Of a DNA stretch of 64,000 nucleotides, positions 52,201 through 60,874 are shown piece by piece. Position numbers and translations under genes: made by a program. Source of the DNA: Eledone cirrhosa (lineage: Eukaryota). Each line of letters opens with the position of its first letter. Positions within the stretch are counted from its first letter, which is position 1. The DNA lies in NCBI GenBank assembly GCA_964016885.1, contig OZ024743.1, positions 178,994,001 to 179,058,000 of the forward strand, given 5' to 3'. The notes beneath the pieces are model-generated. The model did not search any database. It worked only from the letters and a program-made list of their open reading frames with translations, and had not been told where the DNA came from.

Positions 52201-55200
52201 TGGTGTGGTTGTTGGTGTTGTCAGTGGTGTGGATGTTGGTGTTGTCAGTGGTGTGGCTGTTGGTGTTGTCAGTGGTGTGGCTGTTGGTGTTGTCAGTAGT
52301 GTGGTTGTTGGTGTTGTCAGTAGTGTGGTTGTTGGTGTTGTCAGTGGTGTGGTTGTTGGTGTTGTCAGTGGTGTGGCTGTTGGTGTTGTCAGTGGTGTGG
52401 CTGTTGGTGTTGTCAGTAGTGTGGTTGTTGGTGTTGTCAGTAGTGTGGTTGTTGGTGTTGTCAGTGGTGTGGTTGTTGGTGTTGTCAGTGGTGTGGCTGT
52501 TGGTGTTGTCAGTAGTGTGGTTGTTGGTGTTGTCAGTGGTGAGGCTGTTGGTGTTGTCAGTGGTGTGGCTGTTGGTGTTGTCAATGGTGTGGTTGTTGGT
52601 GTTGTCAGTGGTGTGGTTGTTGGTGTTGTCTGTGGTGTGGTTGTTGGTGTTGTCAGTGGTGTGGTTGTTGGTGTTGTCAGTAGTGTGGTTGTTGATGTTG
52701 TCAGTAGTGTGGTTGTTGGTGTTGTCAGTGGTGTGGTTGTTGGTGTTGACAGTGGTGTGGTTGTTGGTGTTGTCAGTAGTGTGGTTGTTGGTGTTGTCAG
52801 TGGTGTGGTTGTTGGTGTTGTCAGTGGTGTGGCTGTTGGTGTTGTCAGTAGTGTGGTTGTTGGTGTTGTCAGTGGTGTGGTTGTTGGTGTTGTCAGTGGT
52901 GTGGCTGTTGGTGTTGTCAGTGGTGTGGTTGTTGGTGTTGTCAGTGGTGTGGCTGTTGGTGTTGTCAGTGGTGTGGTTGTTGGTGTTGTCAGTGGTGTGG
53001 TTGTTGGTGTTGTCAGTGGTGTGGCTGTTGGTGTTGTCAATGGTGTGGTTGTTGGTGTTGTCAGTGGTGTGGTTGTTGGTGTTGTCAGTGGTGTGGTTGT
53101 TGGTGTTGTCAGTGGTGTGGTTGTTGGTGTTGGCAGTGGTGTTGTTGTTGGTGTTGACAGTGGTGTGGTTGTTGGTGTTGTCAGTAGTGTGGTTGTTGGT
53201 GTTGTCAGTGGTGTGGTTGTTGGTGTTGTCAGTGGTGTGGTTGTTGGTGTTGTCAGTGGTGGGGTTGTTGGTGTTGTCAGTGGTGTGGTTGTTGGTGTTG
53301 TCAGTGGTGTGGATGTTGGTGTTGTCAGTGGTGTGGTTGTTGGTGTTGTCAGTGGTGTGGTTGTTGGTGTTGTCTGTGCTTTGGTTGTTGGTGTTGTCAG
53401 TGGTGTTGTTGTTGGTGTTGTCAGTGGTGTGGTTGTTGGTGTTGTCTGTGGTGTGGTTGTTGGTGTTGTCAGTGGTGTGGTTGTTGGTGTTGTCTGTGGT
53501 GTGGTTGTCGGTGTTGTCTGTGGTGTGGTTGTTGGTGTTGTCAGTGGTGTGGTTGTTGGTGTTGTCTGTGGTGTGGTTGTTGGTGTTGTCAGTGGTGTGG
53601 TTGTTGGTGTTGTCAGTGGTGTGGTTGTTGGTGTTGTCAGTGGTGTGGTTGTTGGATTTGTCAGTGGTGTGGTTGTTGGTGTTGTCAGTGGTGTGGTTGT
53701 TGGTGTTGTCAGAGGTGTGGTTGTTGGTGTTGTCAGTGGTGTGGTTGTTGGTGTTGTCAGTAGTGTGGTTGTTGGTGTTGTCAGTAGTGTGGTTGTTGGT
53801 GTTGTCAGTGGTGTGATTGTCGGTGTTGTCAGTGGTGTGGTTGTTGGTGTTGTCAGTGGTGTGGTTGTTGGTGTTGTCAGGGGTGTGGTTGTTGGTGTTG
53901 TCAGTGGTGTGGTTGTTGGTGTTGTCAGTGGTGTGGTTGTTGGTGTTGTCAGTAGTGTGGTTGTTGGTGTTGTCAGTGGTGTGGTTGTTGGTGTTGTCAG
54001 TGGTGTGGTTGTTGGTGTTGTCAGTAGTGTGGTTGTTGGTGTTCTCAGTGGTGTGGTTGTTGGTGTTGTCAGTAGTGTGGTTGTTGGTGTTGTCAGTGGT
54101 GTGGTTGTTGGTGTTGTCAGTGGTGTGGTTGTTGGTGTTGTCACTGGTGTGGTTGTCGGTGTTGTCTGTGGTGTGGTTGTTGGTGTTGTCAGTGGTGTGG
54201 TTGTTAGTTTTGTCAGTAGTGTGGTTGTTGCTGTTGTCAGTGGTGTGGTTGTTGGTGTTGTCAGTAGTGTGGTTGTTGGTGTTGTCAGTGGTGTTATTGT
54301 TGGTGTTGTCAGTAGTGTGGTTGTTGGTGTTGTCAGTAGTGTGGTTGTTGGTGTTGTCAGTGGTGTGGTTGTCGGTGTTGTCTGTGGTGTGGTTGTTGGT
54401 GTTGTCAGTGGTGTGGTTGTTAGTGTTGTCAGTAGTGTGGTTGTTGGTGTTGTCAGTGGTGTGGTTGTTGGTGTTGTCACTAGTGTGGTTGTTGGTGTTG
54501 TCAGTGGTGTGGTTGTTGGTGTTGTCGGTGGTGTGGTTGTTGGTGTTGTCAGTAGTGTGGTTGTTGGTGTTGTCAGTGGTGTGGTTGTTGGTGTTGTCAG
54601 TAGTGTGGTTGTTGGTGTTGTCAGTGGTGTGGTTGTTAGTGTTGTCAGTAGTGTGGTTGTTGGTGTTGTCAGTAGTGTGGTTGTTGGTGTTGTCAGTGGT
54701 GTGGTTGTTGGTGTTGTCAGTGGTGTGGTTGTTGGTGTTGTCAGTGGTGTGGTTGTTGGTGTTGTCTGTGGTGTGGCTGTTGGTGTTGTCAGTGGTGTGG
54801 TTGTTGGTGTTGTCAGTGGTGTGGTTGTTGGTGTTGTCAGTAGTGTGGTTGTTGGTGTTGTCAGTGGTGTGGTTGTTGGTGTTGTCTGTGGTGTGATTGT
54901 TGTGTTGTCAGTGGTGTGGTTGTTGGTGTTGTCAGTAGTGTGGTTGTTGGTGTTGTCAGTAGTGTGGTTGTTGGTGTTGTCAGTAGTGTGGTTGTTGGTG
55001 TTGTCAGTGGTGTGGTTGTTGGTGTTGTCAGTGGTGTGGTTGTTGGTGTTGTCAGTGGTGTGGTTGTTGGTGTTGACAGTGGTGTGGATGTTGGTGTTGA
55101 CAGTGGTGTGGTTGTTGGTGTTGTCAGTGGTGTGGTTGTTGTCAGTGGTGTGGTTGTTGGTGTTGTCAGTGGTGTGGTTGTTGGTGTTGTCAGTGGTGTG

Positions 55201-56156
55201 GTTGTTGGTGTTGTCAGTGGTGTGGTTGTTGGTGTTGTCAGTGGTGTGGTTGTTGGTGTTGTCAGTGGTGTGTTTGTTGGTGTTGTCTGTGGTGTGGCTG
55301 TTGGTGTTGTCAGTGGTGTGGTTGTTGGTGTTGTCTGTGGTGTGGCTGTTGGTGTTGTCAGTGGTGTGGTTGTTGGTGTTGTCAGTGGTGTGGTTGTTGG
55401 TGTTGTCTGTGGTGTGATTGTTGGTGTTGTCAGTAGTGTGGTTGTTGGTGTTGTCAGTAGTGTGGTTGTTGGTGTTGTCAGTGGTGTGGTTGTTGGTGTT
55501 GTCAGTAGTGTGGTTGTTGGTGTTGTCAGTGGTGTGGTTGTTGGTGTTGTCAGTAGTGTGGTTGTTGGTGTTGTCAGTGTTGGGGTTGTTGGTGTTGTCA
55601 GTAGTGTGGTTGTTGGTGTTGTCAGTAGTGTGGTTGTTGGTGTTGTCAGTAGTGTGGTTGTTGGTGTTGTCAGTGGTGTGGTTGTTGGTGTTGTCAGTGG
55701 TGTGGCTGTTGGTGTTGTCAGTGGTGTGGTTGTTGGTGTTGTCAGTGGTGTGGTTGTTGGTGTTGTCAGTGGTGTGGTTGTTGGTGTTGTCAGTGGTGTG
55801 GCTGTTGGTGTTGTCAGTGGTGTGGTTGTTGGTGTTGTCAGTGGTGTGGTTGTTGGTGTTGTCATTGGTGTGGTTGTTGGTGTTGTCAGTAGTGTGGTTG
55901 TTGGTGTTGTCAGTGGTGTGGTTGTTGGTGTTGTCAGTGGTGTGGCTGTTGGTCGTTGTCAGTGGTGTGGTTGTTGGTGTTGTCAGTGGTGTGGCTGTTG
56001 GTGTTGTCAGTGATTTTTGTGATGTTTTTGAAACCCTCAACTTATTTGTAATATTTCTATATGTTCATATTAATTGATTAACCTTCCATGACTCTCTATC
56101 TGCTTCCGTGGAACTCCATTGACATGTAGAGTGCACTACACAGGCTTCCTTGAGGG

Positions 56157-56195
56157 AATGACTGAGACTCAAAGACCAATAATAATAATAATAAT

Positions 56196-56251
<56 letters not shown>
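56157..56251 (+). mobile_element. Extremely 5'-truncated R4/Dong-like insertion (3'-terminal motif plus (AAT)n tail), candidate
   Basis: aatgactgagactcaaag (56157-56174) matches aatgactgagattcaagg (60783-60800) at 16/18, and both lie just before an (AAT)n tract. agggaa is present at 56153-56158 and 56251-56256 (possible TSD). Confidence 0.65.
56178..56251 (+). repeat. (AAT)n microsatellite, ~24 units with one TAT interruption
   Basis: Read directly from sequence. Confidence 0.98.
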
Positions 56252-56307
56252 GGGAAGAAGACGCACGAGGTGATGGAGGTCATGAAATCGCTCCCGTAAC
56301 TTTTGAA

Positions 56308-56351
56308 TTTTTAACATATTTAAATCATTTTTTAACATATTTAAATCATTT
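56308..56351. repeat. 21-bp direct tandem duplication (tttttaacatatttaaatcat x2)
   Basis: Read directly from sequence. Confidence 0.9.
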
Positions 56352-56569
56352 GTGAAATAACAACTCTTAGTACAAATGCTACGTAAAGCACCCGGCTTGA
56401 GCCCCAAAAAAATTCGGACCCAAAATATATTGTTATAAGGCTCAAATATTCAAATATTCAACTTTGTATTGTACACTGTATATCCAAAAAAAAATGGCTA
56501 TAAATGGAAGAAGAAGAACCCCCCCCCCCCTCCTCTCCTCTGGCTACACTATATAGGACAGCTAAACTC

Positions 56570-56860
56570 ACCAACACCAGAAACTAGATACACCACCCAC
56601 CCCATCATCTGTGTACACTAAACACAACAGCATTTTCACCTTCACCGCCACCGCTCACTACGGCCATCATTACCACCACTATCCCATCACCGCCGCCACC
56701 ACCCCTTGACTCCTTCACTGCTGCTGCCACCGCTACAGCACCATCACTACAGTAATACGGTCGCATCACCGCCACCACTGCCTCGTTATCGACATCACCA
56801 CCACCACTGTCTCAGTATCGCCAACGCAGCCAGTCTCTGCTGGCTGCCACTTCCACATTA
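56570..56860. repeat. Degenerate (CAC/CCA/CAT)n low-complexity tract
   Basis: Runs such as caccgccaccgc, caccaccac, catcaccaccaccac. Confidence 0.7.
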
Positions 56861-56911
56861 TAGAATTCCTACTACTAACAAAGAGGAAGGCATCAAAATA
56901 TATAGATAGAC

Positions 56912-57100
56912 TCAAAAGAAAAAAGAAAAAACAAACAACAAAAGCAGCACAGCAACAACAGCAAAAAACGAGAAAAACAAACAGAGAAAAACAAAAACAA
57001 AAAAAGAAACCCCCAAAACGTAAAGAAAATAAGAATGAAGAGAGAAGCAGGCGGACGGACAGAGAAGAGGGGGGAAAAAGTAAAACTTAAAAAACAAAAA
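56912..57100. repeat. A-rich low-complexity tract
   Basis: aaaagaaaaaagaaaaaacaaacaacaaaa... with almost no T. Confidence 0.75.
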
Positions 57101-57278
57101 CTAAGTCAGACATTCGAATACTACATTACAATGAAACTTATGCTTATTCATTTTTGGGGCCCTTTCTGCCCGTGTGTTTGTTTGTTTATGTGTGTCCGTA
57201 TACAGCGTGGTGATAATGCCACACAAGGGCCAAGTGGGATGGCGGATCCACAGATGGCTATGTAAACATACATTCGCC

Positions 57279-57304
57279 AATCCTCGATAAGAGTGTTTAA
57301 ATAT
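57279..57304 (+). repeat. 26-bp direct repeat, left copy (aatcctcgataagagtgtttaaatat); TSD or duplicated leader segment
   Basis: Exact match to 60837-60862. Confidence 0.95.
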
Positions 57305-57333
57305 CGAACATAAACAGTTCGAATAACGGTGAA

Positions 57334-60300
57334 ATGGAGACTAGAACGTCATGTGACAGACTCTCACCCAACAGGTGCCCCCTGGCTCAGCAGCAGGAAC
57401 CTGACTGTCAACCAAATACTGCTGATGTTGGAGGAAGAAGAAGAAGGAAAGGGGCCAGAACCAACTGGACGAAAGAATTGAATAGAACTGTTATGCAATG
57501 CTACCTGAAAAGTAACCCCAAGGAGAGGGGCTACAGGAGACGGATGCATAACATCTGGAACGAGATTGGTTTATTTAAATTAGATGAACAAAAATTGGCC
57601 GGGCAGGCTCGGGTAATAAGAACTAATGGGTGGATAAGCGAGCTGGAACTGGAGGAACTGAGCAGAGAGAATGGCTTGGAGATGGCGGGTGTAGTATGCC
57701 AGACAAGCGAGCCGGCGGGAAATGAAGGTGAGGAGGTCCTGAGAACGGAGGAACCACCCGAAGCAGACAATGATCTGAATACTGAGATAAATAATACCTG
57801 GAACAGAGATACGGCCACTGAGGAGATGAATGCTGACGGGCTAGGACAAGATTCGGTTGACATCCTAAATTTAGTGGTAGATGAGTTGAACAATGATAGT
57901 GGGAGACCTATGAACCTAAGATTTGTAGACAGGAAAAAGTTAAAAGAAACAACAGCTAAGGTAAACAAAGTCATCCCATACCTTGAGGCGAGGAGTCTTC
58001 ACCAGTGCAACAATATCCTCAAAGCAACAGCAAATACGGTGAGGAAACTACTTGGTATAAAAGCGAGAGGAAACAACAGACAAGAAAGAGCAGAGCCGTG
58101 GTGGAAGAAGCGACTGAGTGGGCAAATCGAGGAAATGAGAAATGTCATAGGAAAGCTTGAGTCACTACTGAATGGGACACTAAAAAACATAGGCACTAAA
58201 AATAGACTGGAAATAAAATACAAAACTAGGAGTAAAAAGCTAAATATTATCATAGAGGAATTGAAGCAACGCATTGTAGCAAAGAGTGCCAAAATCAGGC
58301 GATACGAGAACAGAGTCAGTCAGTATAAACAGAACCGCATGTTCGACAACAACCAGAAGATGCTGTTTGGACAGCTTGAGGGGAAAGAAAGAGGCAACGA
58401 CTTGATCCCTGGGGCGGAACAAGCTAAAACATTCTGGAGAGGAATATGGGAGCAGGATGTTAGACACAATGCCCAGGCAGGGTGGATTGAGACAGTACAG
58501 AGGGAGATCGGTGAGCAGGCACAGCAACAGACTGATTTGAGTATCACAGTTGAAACTCTTAAGGGGCAAGCCAAAAAACTAACCAACTGGAAATCACCAG
58601 GCCCAGATGGTGTGCAGGGGTATTGGATTAAACATTTAACATCCCTCCACCCGAAGCTGACGGCCATGTTCAATGACTGCTTGGTGTCGGGTGAGGTGCC
58701 AGAGTGGTTGACAAAAGGTACCACAGTTCTGATAATGAAAGACCGAATCAAGGGTAATGATGTTACCAACTATAGACCTATCACATGTCTGCCCGTAATG
58801 TGGAAACTGTTGACGAGCATTGTGTCTGAGGAAATCTACCATCACCTCCACACAAACAACTTGTTGCCGGACGAACAGAAAGGATGCCGAAAGAAGTCAC
58901 GTGGTACAAAGGACCAGTTGCTTATTGATAAGATGGTAATGGGGAATTGCAGGAGGAGACACACTGATCTTGCCATGGGATGGATAGACTACAGAAAGGC
59001 ATTTGACATGGTGCCTCATTCCTGGATCACCAAAAGCCTGGAGATCTTCAGGGTGGCAGATAACATCAGACAGTTGCTGGGCAGGAGTATGGGGTCCTGG
59101 GAGACAGAGTTGACATCAACTGGAGTATCCTTGGGAAGCGTGAAGATCAAGAGAGGTATCTTCCAGGGAGATAGTCTGTCCCCTCTGTTGTTTGTCCTTG
59201 CCCTGATGCCCTTGACCATTATGCTGCGAAAAGTGAGAGCAGGATACAAGTTGGGAAGGGGAGAGCTTACCATCAATCACCTCCTCTTCATGGACGATCT
59301 TAAGCTCTTCGGGAAAAGTGAGAAGGAGTTGGATGTGCTTGTTGACACTGTCCGTATTTTCAGCAGTGATATATGTATGCAGTTTGGTATTGGTAAATGT
59401 GGAGTCATTGTGATGAGGAGGGGTAGGTTGAGCAGAAGTAACGGGATCCAGATACCAACAGGTGAGATGATAAAGGAAATTGACTCTGAGGAAGGATACA
59501 AGTATTTGGGCATTCTGGAGGCTGATGGCATAAAGAACAAAAAAATGAAGGAATTGTTAAGAACTGAATACATTCGGAGAGTAAGGAGCGTATTGAAGTC
59601 ACATCTGAACAGCAGAAATGCCATAAGCGCAGTAAATTCCCGAGCTGTGTCTATTATTAGGTACAGTGCGGGAATTCTGAGATGGAATGTTGCTGAACAA
59701 AAAGAAATGGATAGGAAGACTAGGAAGCTATTGACTATCTACAACATGTTCCACAAGAGGAGTGATGTCGATAGACTCTACCTAAGGAGATCTGAGGGTG
59801 GAAGAGGTCTTATCAGCATAGAGGACTGTGTTCAGATGGAGAAAAACAACCTATACAAATACGTGACCTATAGTAAGGAGCCAATGCTCAGAGCTGTACT
59901 GAAGGAGGGGACAGTAGGCCAGGGGATATCCAAGGAGGAAATAACATCAAGGAGGAAGAGCAGCCTTAAGGGAAAATCCCTTCATAGTACCTTCTTTGAG
60001 AAAACTGAATTTAGAGATCCACAGACATGGAACTGGTTGAGAAGAGGAGACCTCAAAAAGGCTACAGAAGGAATGCTAATGGCTGCGCAGGAGCAGGCCC
60101 TCAAAACGTAGTGGTTGAAGCACCATATCTACAAGGAGGAGGCTAGCCCACTGTGCAGGATCTGTGGAGAGAGAGAGGAGACTGTGGCTCACATTGTGTC
60201 CGAGTGTAAACACCTAGCCCAGACCCACTATAAGGGCTGGAGACACGATGTGATGGGCAGGGTGATCCACTGGCACCTGTGCAAAGTAAACAATCTACCA

Positions 60301-60726
60301 CATTCTGAGAAATGGTATGAGCATAGGCCAGAGGCGGTGATGGAGAACAGTCAGGTGAAGGTGCTGTGGGATTTTAGGATACAGACGGACAAAAAACTGG
60401 AACAGAATAGACCTGACCTGGTGGTTGTGGACAAAGAAAAAAGATCGTGCCTGATTGTGGATGTGGCCTGCCCGTTCGACACGAGAGTGCAAGAGAAGGA
60501 GAGGGAGAAAATTAACCGATACCAGGACCTAAAGTGGGAGGTGAAAAGGATTTGGAACTACCATGAAGTCAAAGTGATCCCGATTGTCATAGGCGCACTG
60601 GGGACTATCTCCAAAGGTTTCCAGGGATGGTTAAAGAAAATCGGCCCCTTCACGCTTTTTGGAACGCTTCAAAAGGCATGCTTGCTTGGAACGGCAAGAA
60701 CCCTCCGATACGTCCTGAATATCTGA
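57334..60726 (+). pseudogene. Retrotransposon ORF (~1130 codons): reverse transcriptase + CCHC zinc knuckle + restriction-like endonuclease, interrupted by one in-frame TAG at 60109-60111
   Basis: RT motifs WKSPGPDG, NYRPITCL, WIDYRKAFDMVPH, RGIFQGDSLSPLLF, HLLFMDDLK, YKYLG. CRICGEREETVAHIVSEC knuckle. RHD and RPDLVVVD...IVDVACPFD...EKINRY endonuclease. ORFs 57334..60111 and 60115..60726 are in the same frame. Confidence 0.93.
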
Positions 60727-60800
60727 GGCTGCAGGTAGTGGCTTGATATTCAATCCAACGGACTTTCCAGTTAACCAACATCAATGACTGAGATTCAAGG

Positions 60801-60839
60801 AATAACAATAACAATAATAATAATAATAATAATAATAAT
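60801..60839 (+). repeat. (AATAAC)2(AAT)n 3' tail of the R4/Dong-like element
   Basis: Read directly; begins 74 bp after the ORF stop. Confidence 0.92.
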
Positions 60840-60862
60840 CCTCGATAAGAGTGTTTAAATAT
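60837..60862 (+). repeat. 26-bp direct repeat, right copy
   Basis: Exact match to 57279-57304; its first AAT overlaps the tail. Confidence 0.95.
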
Positions 60863-60868
60863 GTTTTC

Positions 60869-60874
60869 TTTATT
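60869..60874 (-). promoter_or_regulatory. Polyadenylation signal AATAAA of the L1/Tx1 element
   Basis: tttatt on + strand at the end of the 3' UTR, followed on the minus strand by a vestigial A run. Confidence 0.65.

Larger units (their letters stand above)
1..56012. repeat. Tandem satellite/minisatellite array, 24-bp monomer GTTGTCAGTGGTGTGGTTGTTGGT (~2,330 copies in window, continues past left edge)
   Basis: Continuous 24-bp periodicity. Recurrent single-base variants (agtAgt, tcTgt, ggAtg, ggCtg, gtgAtt, gAcagt). Consensus is 11 G, 11 T, 1 A, 1 C. Ends abruptly at ...gttgtcagtg|atttttgtg. Confidence 0.99.
57305..60839 (+). mobile_element. R4/Dong-like non-LTR retrotransposon (single ORF, RLE type), near full length; 5' end may extend to ~57205
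   Basis: RT-CCHC-RLE domain order in one frame, 74-bp 3' UTR, (AAC/AAT)n tail, flanking 26-bp direct repeats. Clade assigned by motif recognition, not by database search. Confidence 0.9.

Noticed and set aside
1-56012. CRISPR array
   Set aside because: Monomers are contiguous, with no unique spacers and no cas genes; eukaryotic context.
1-56012. Terminal telomere tract with a long yeast-like repeat unit
   Set aside because: The G-rich strand runs toward the internal retroelements, opposite to a left-end telomere. Inherited kb-scale variant blocks indicate recombination rather than telomerase synthesis.
177-56040. Minus-strand Thr/Pro ORFs called as a mucin CDS
   Set aside because: No ATG, signal peptide, splice acceptor or non-repeat domain, and frameshifts are propagated. 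Kept only as a hypothesis.
1-56077. Giant + strand ORFs (poly VVGVVSGV, WLLVLSVV, CQWCGCWC) as membrane or metallothionein-like proteins
   Set aside because: Automatic translations of the 24-mer with GTG/TTG starts; overlapping in all frames, broken by common variants, no unique domains.
56570-56860. C/A-rich tract as an inverted copy of the satellite
   Set aside because: Composition is similar to the satellite minus strand, but there is no 24-bp periodicity or ctgacaac core.
56065-57265. Short ORFs with poly-Y/I/L/H/F runs
   Set aside because: Translations of (AAT)n and low-complexity tracts.
57261-57300. Twister or hammerhead ribozyme (taa...gccaat...gataa-gagtg resemblance)
   Set aside because: The twister P4/L4 element and the hammerhead CUGANGA core are absent.
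57279-60862. 26-bp repeats as LTRs, or as rRNA/U2 snRNA/spliced-leader target sequence
   Set aside because: Too short for LTRs, no TG..CA ends, and the RT is non-LTR type. I could not match the repeat to those RNAs from memory; a search is needed.
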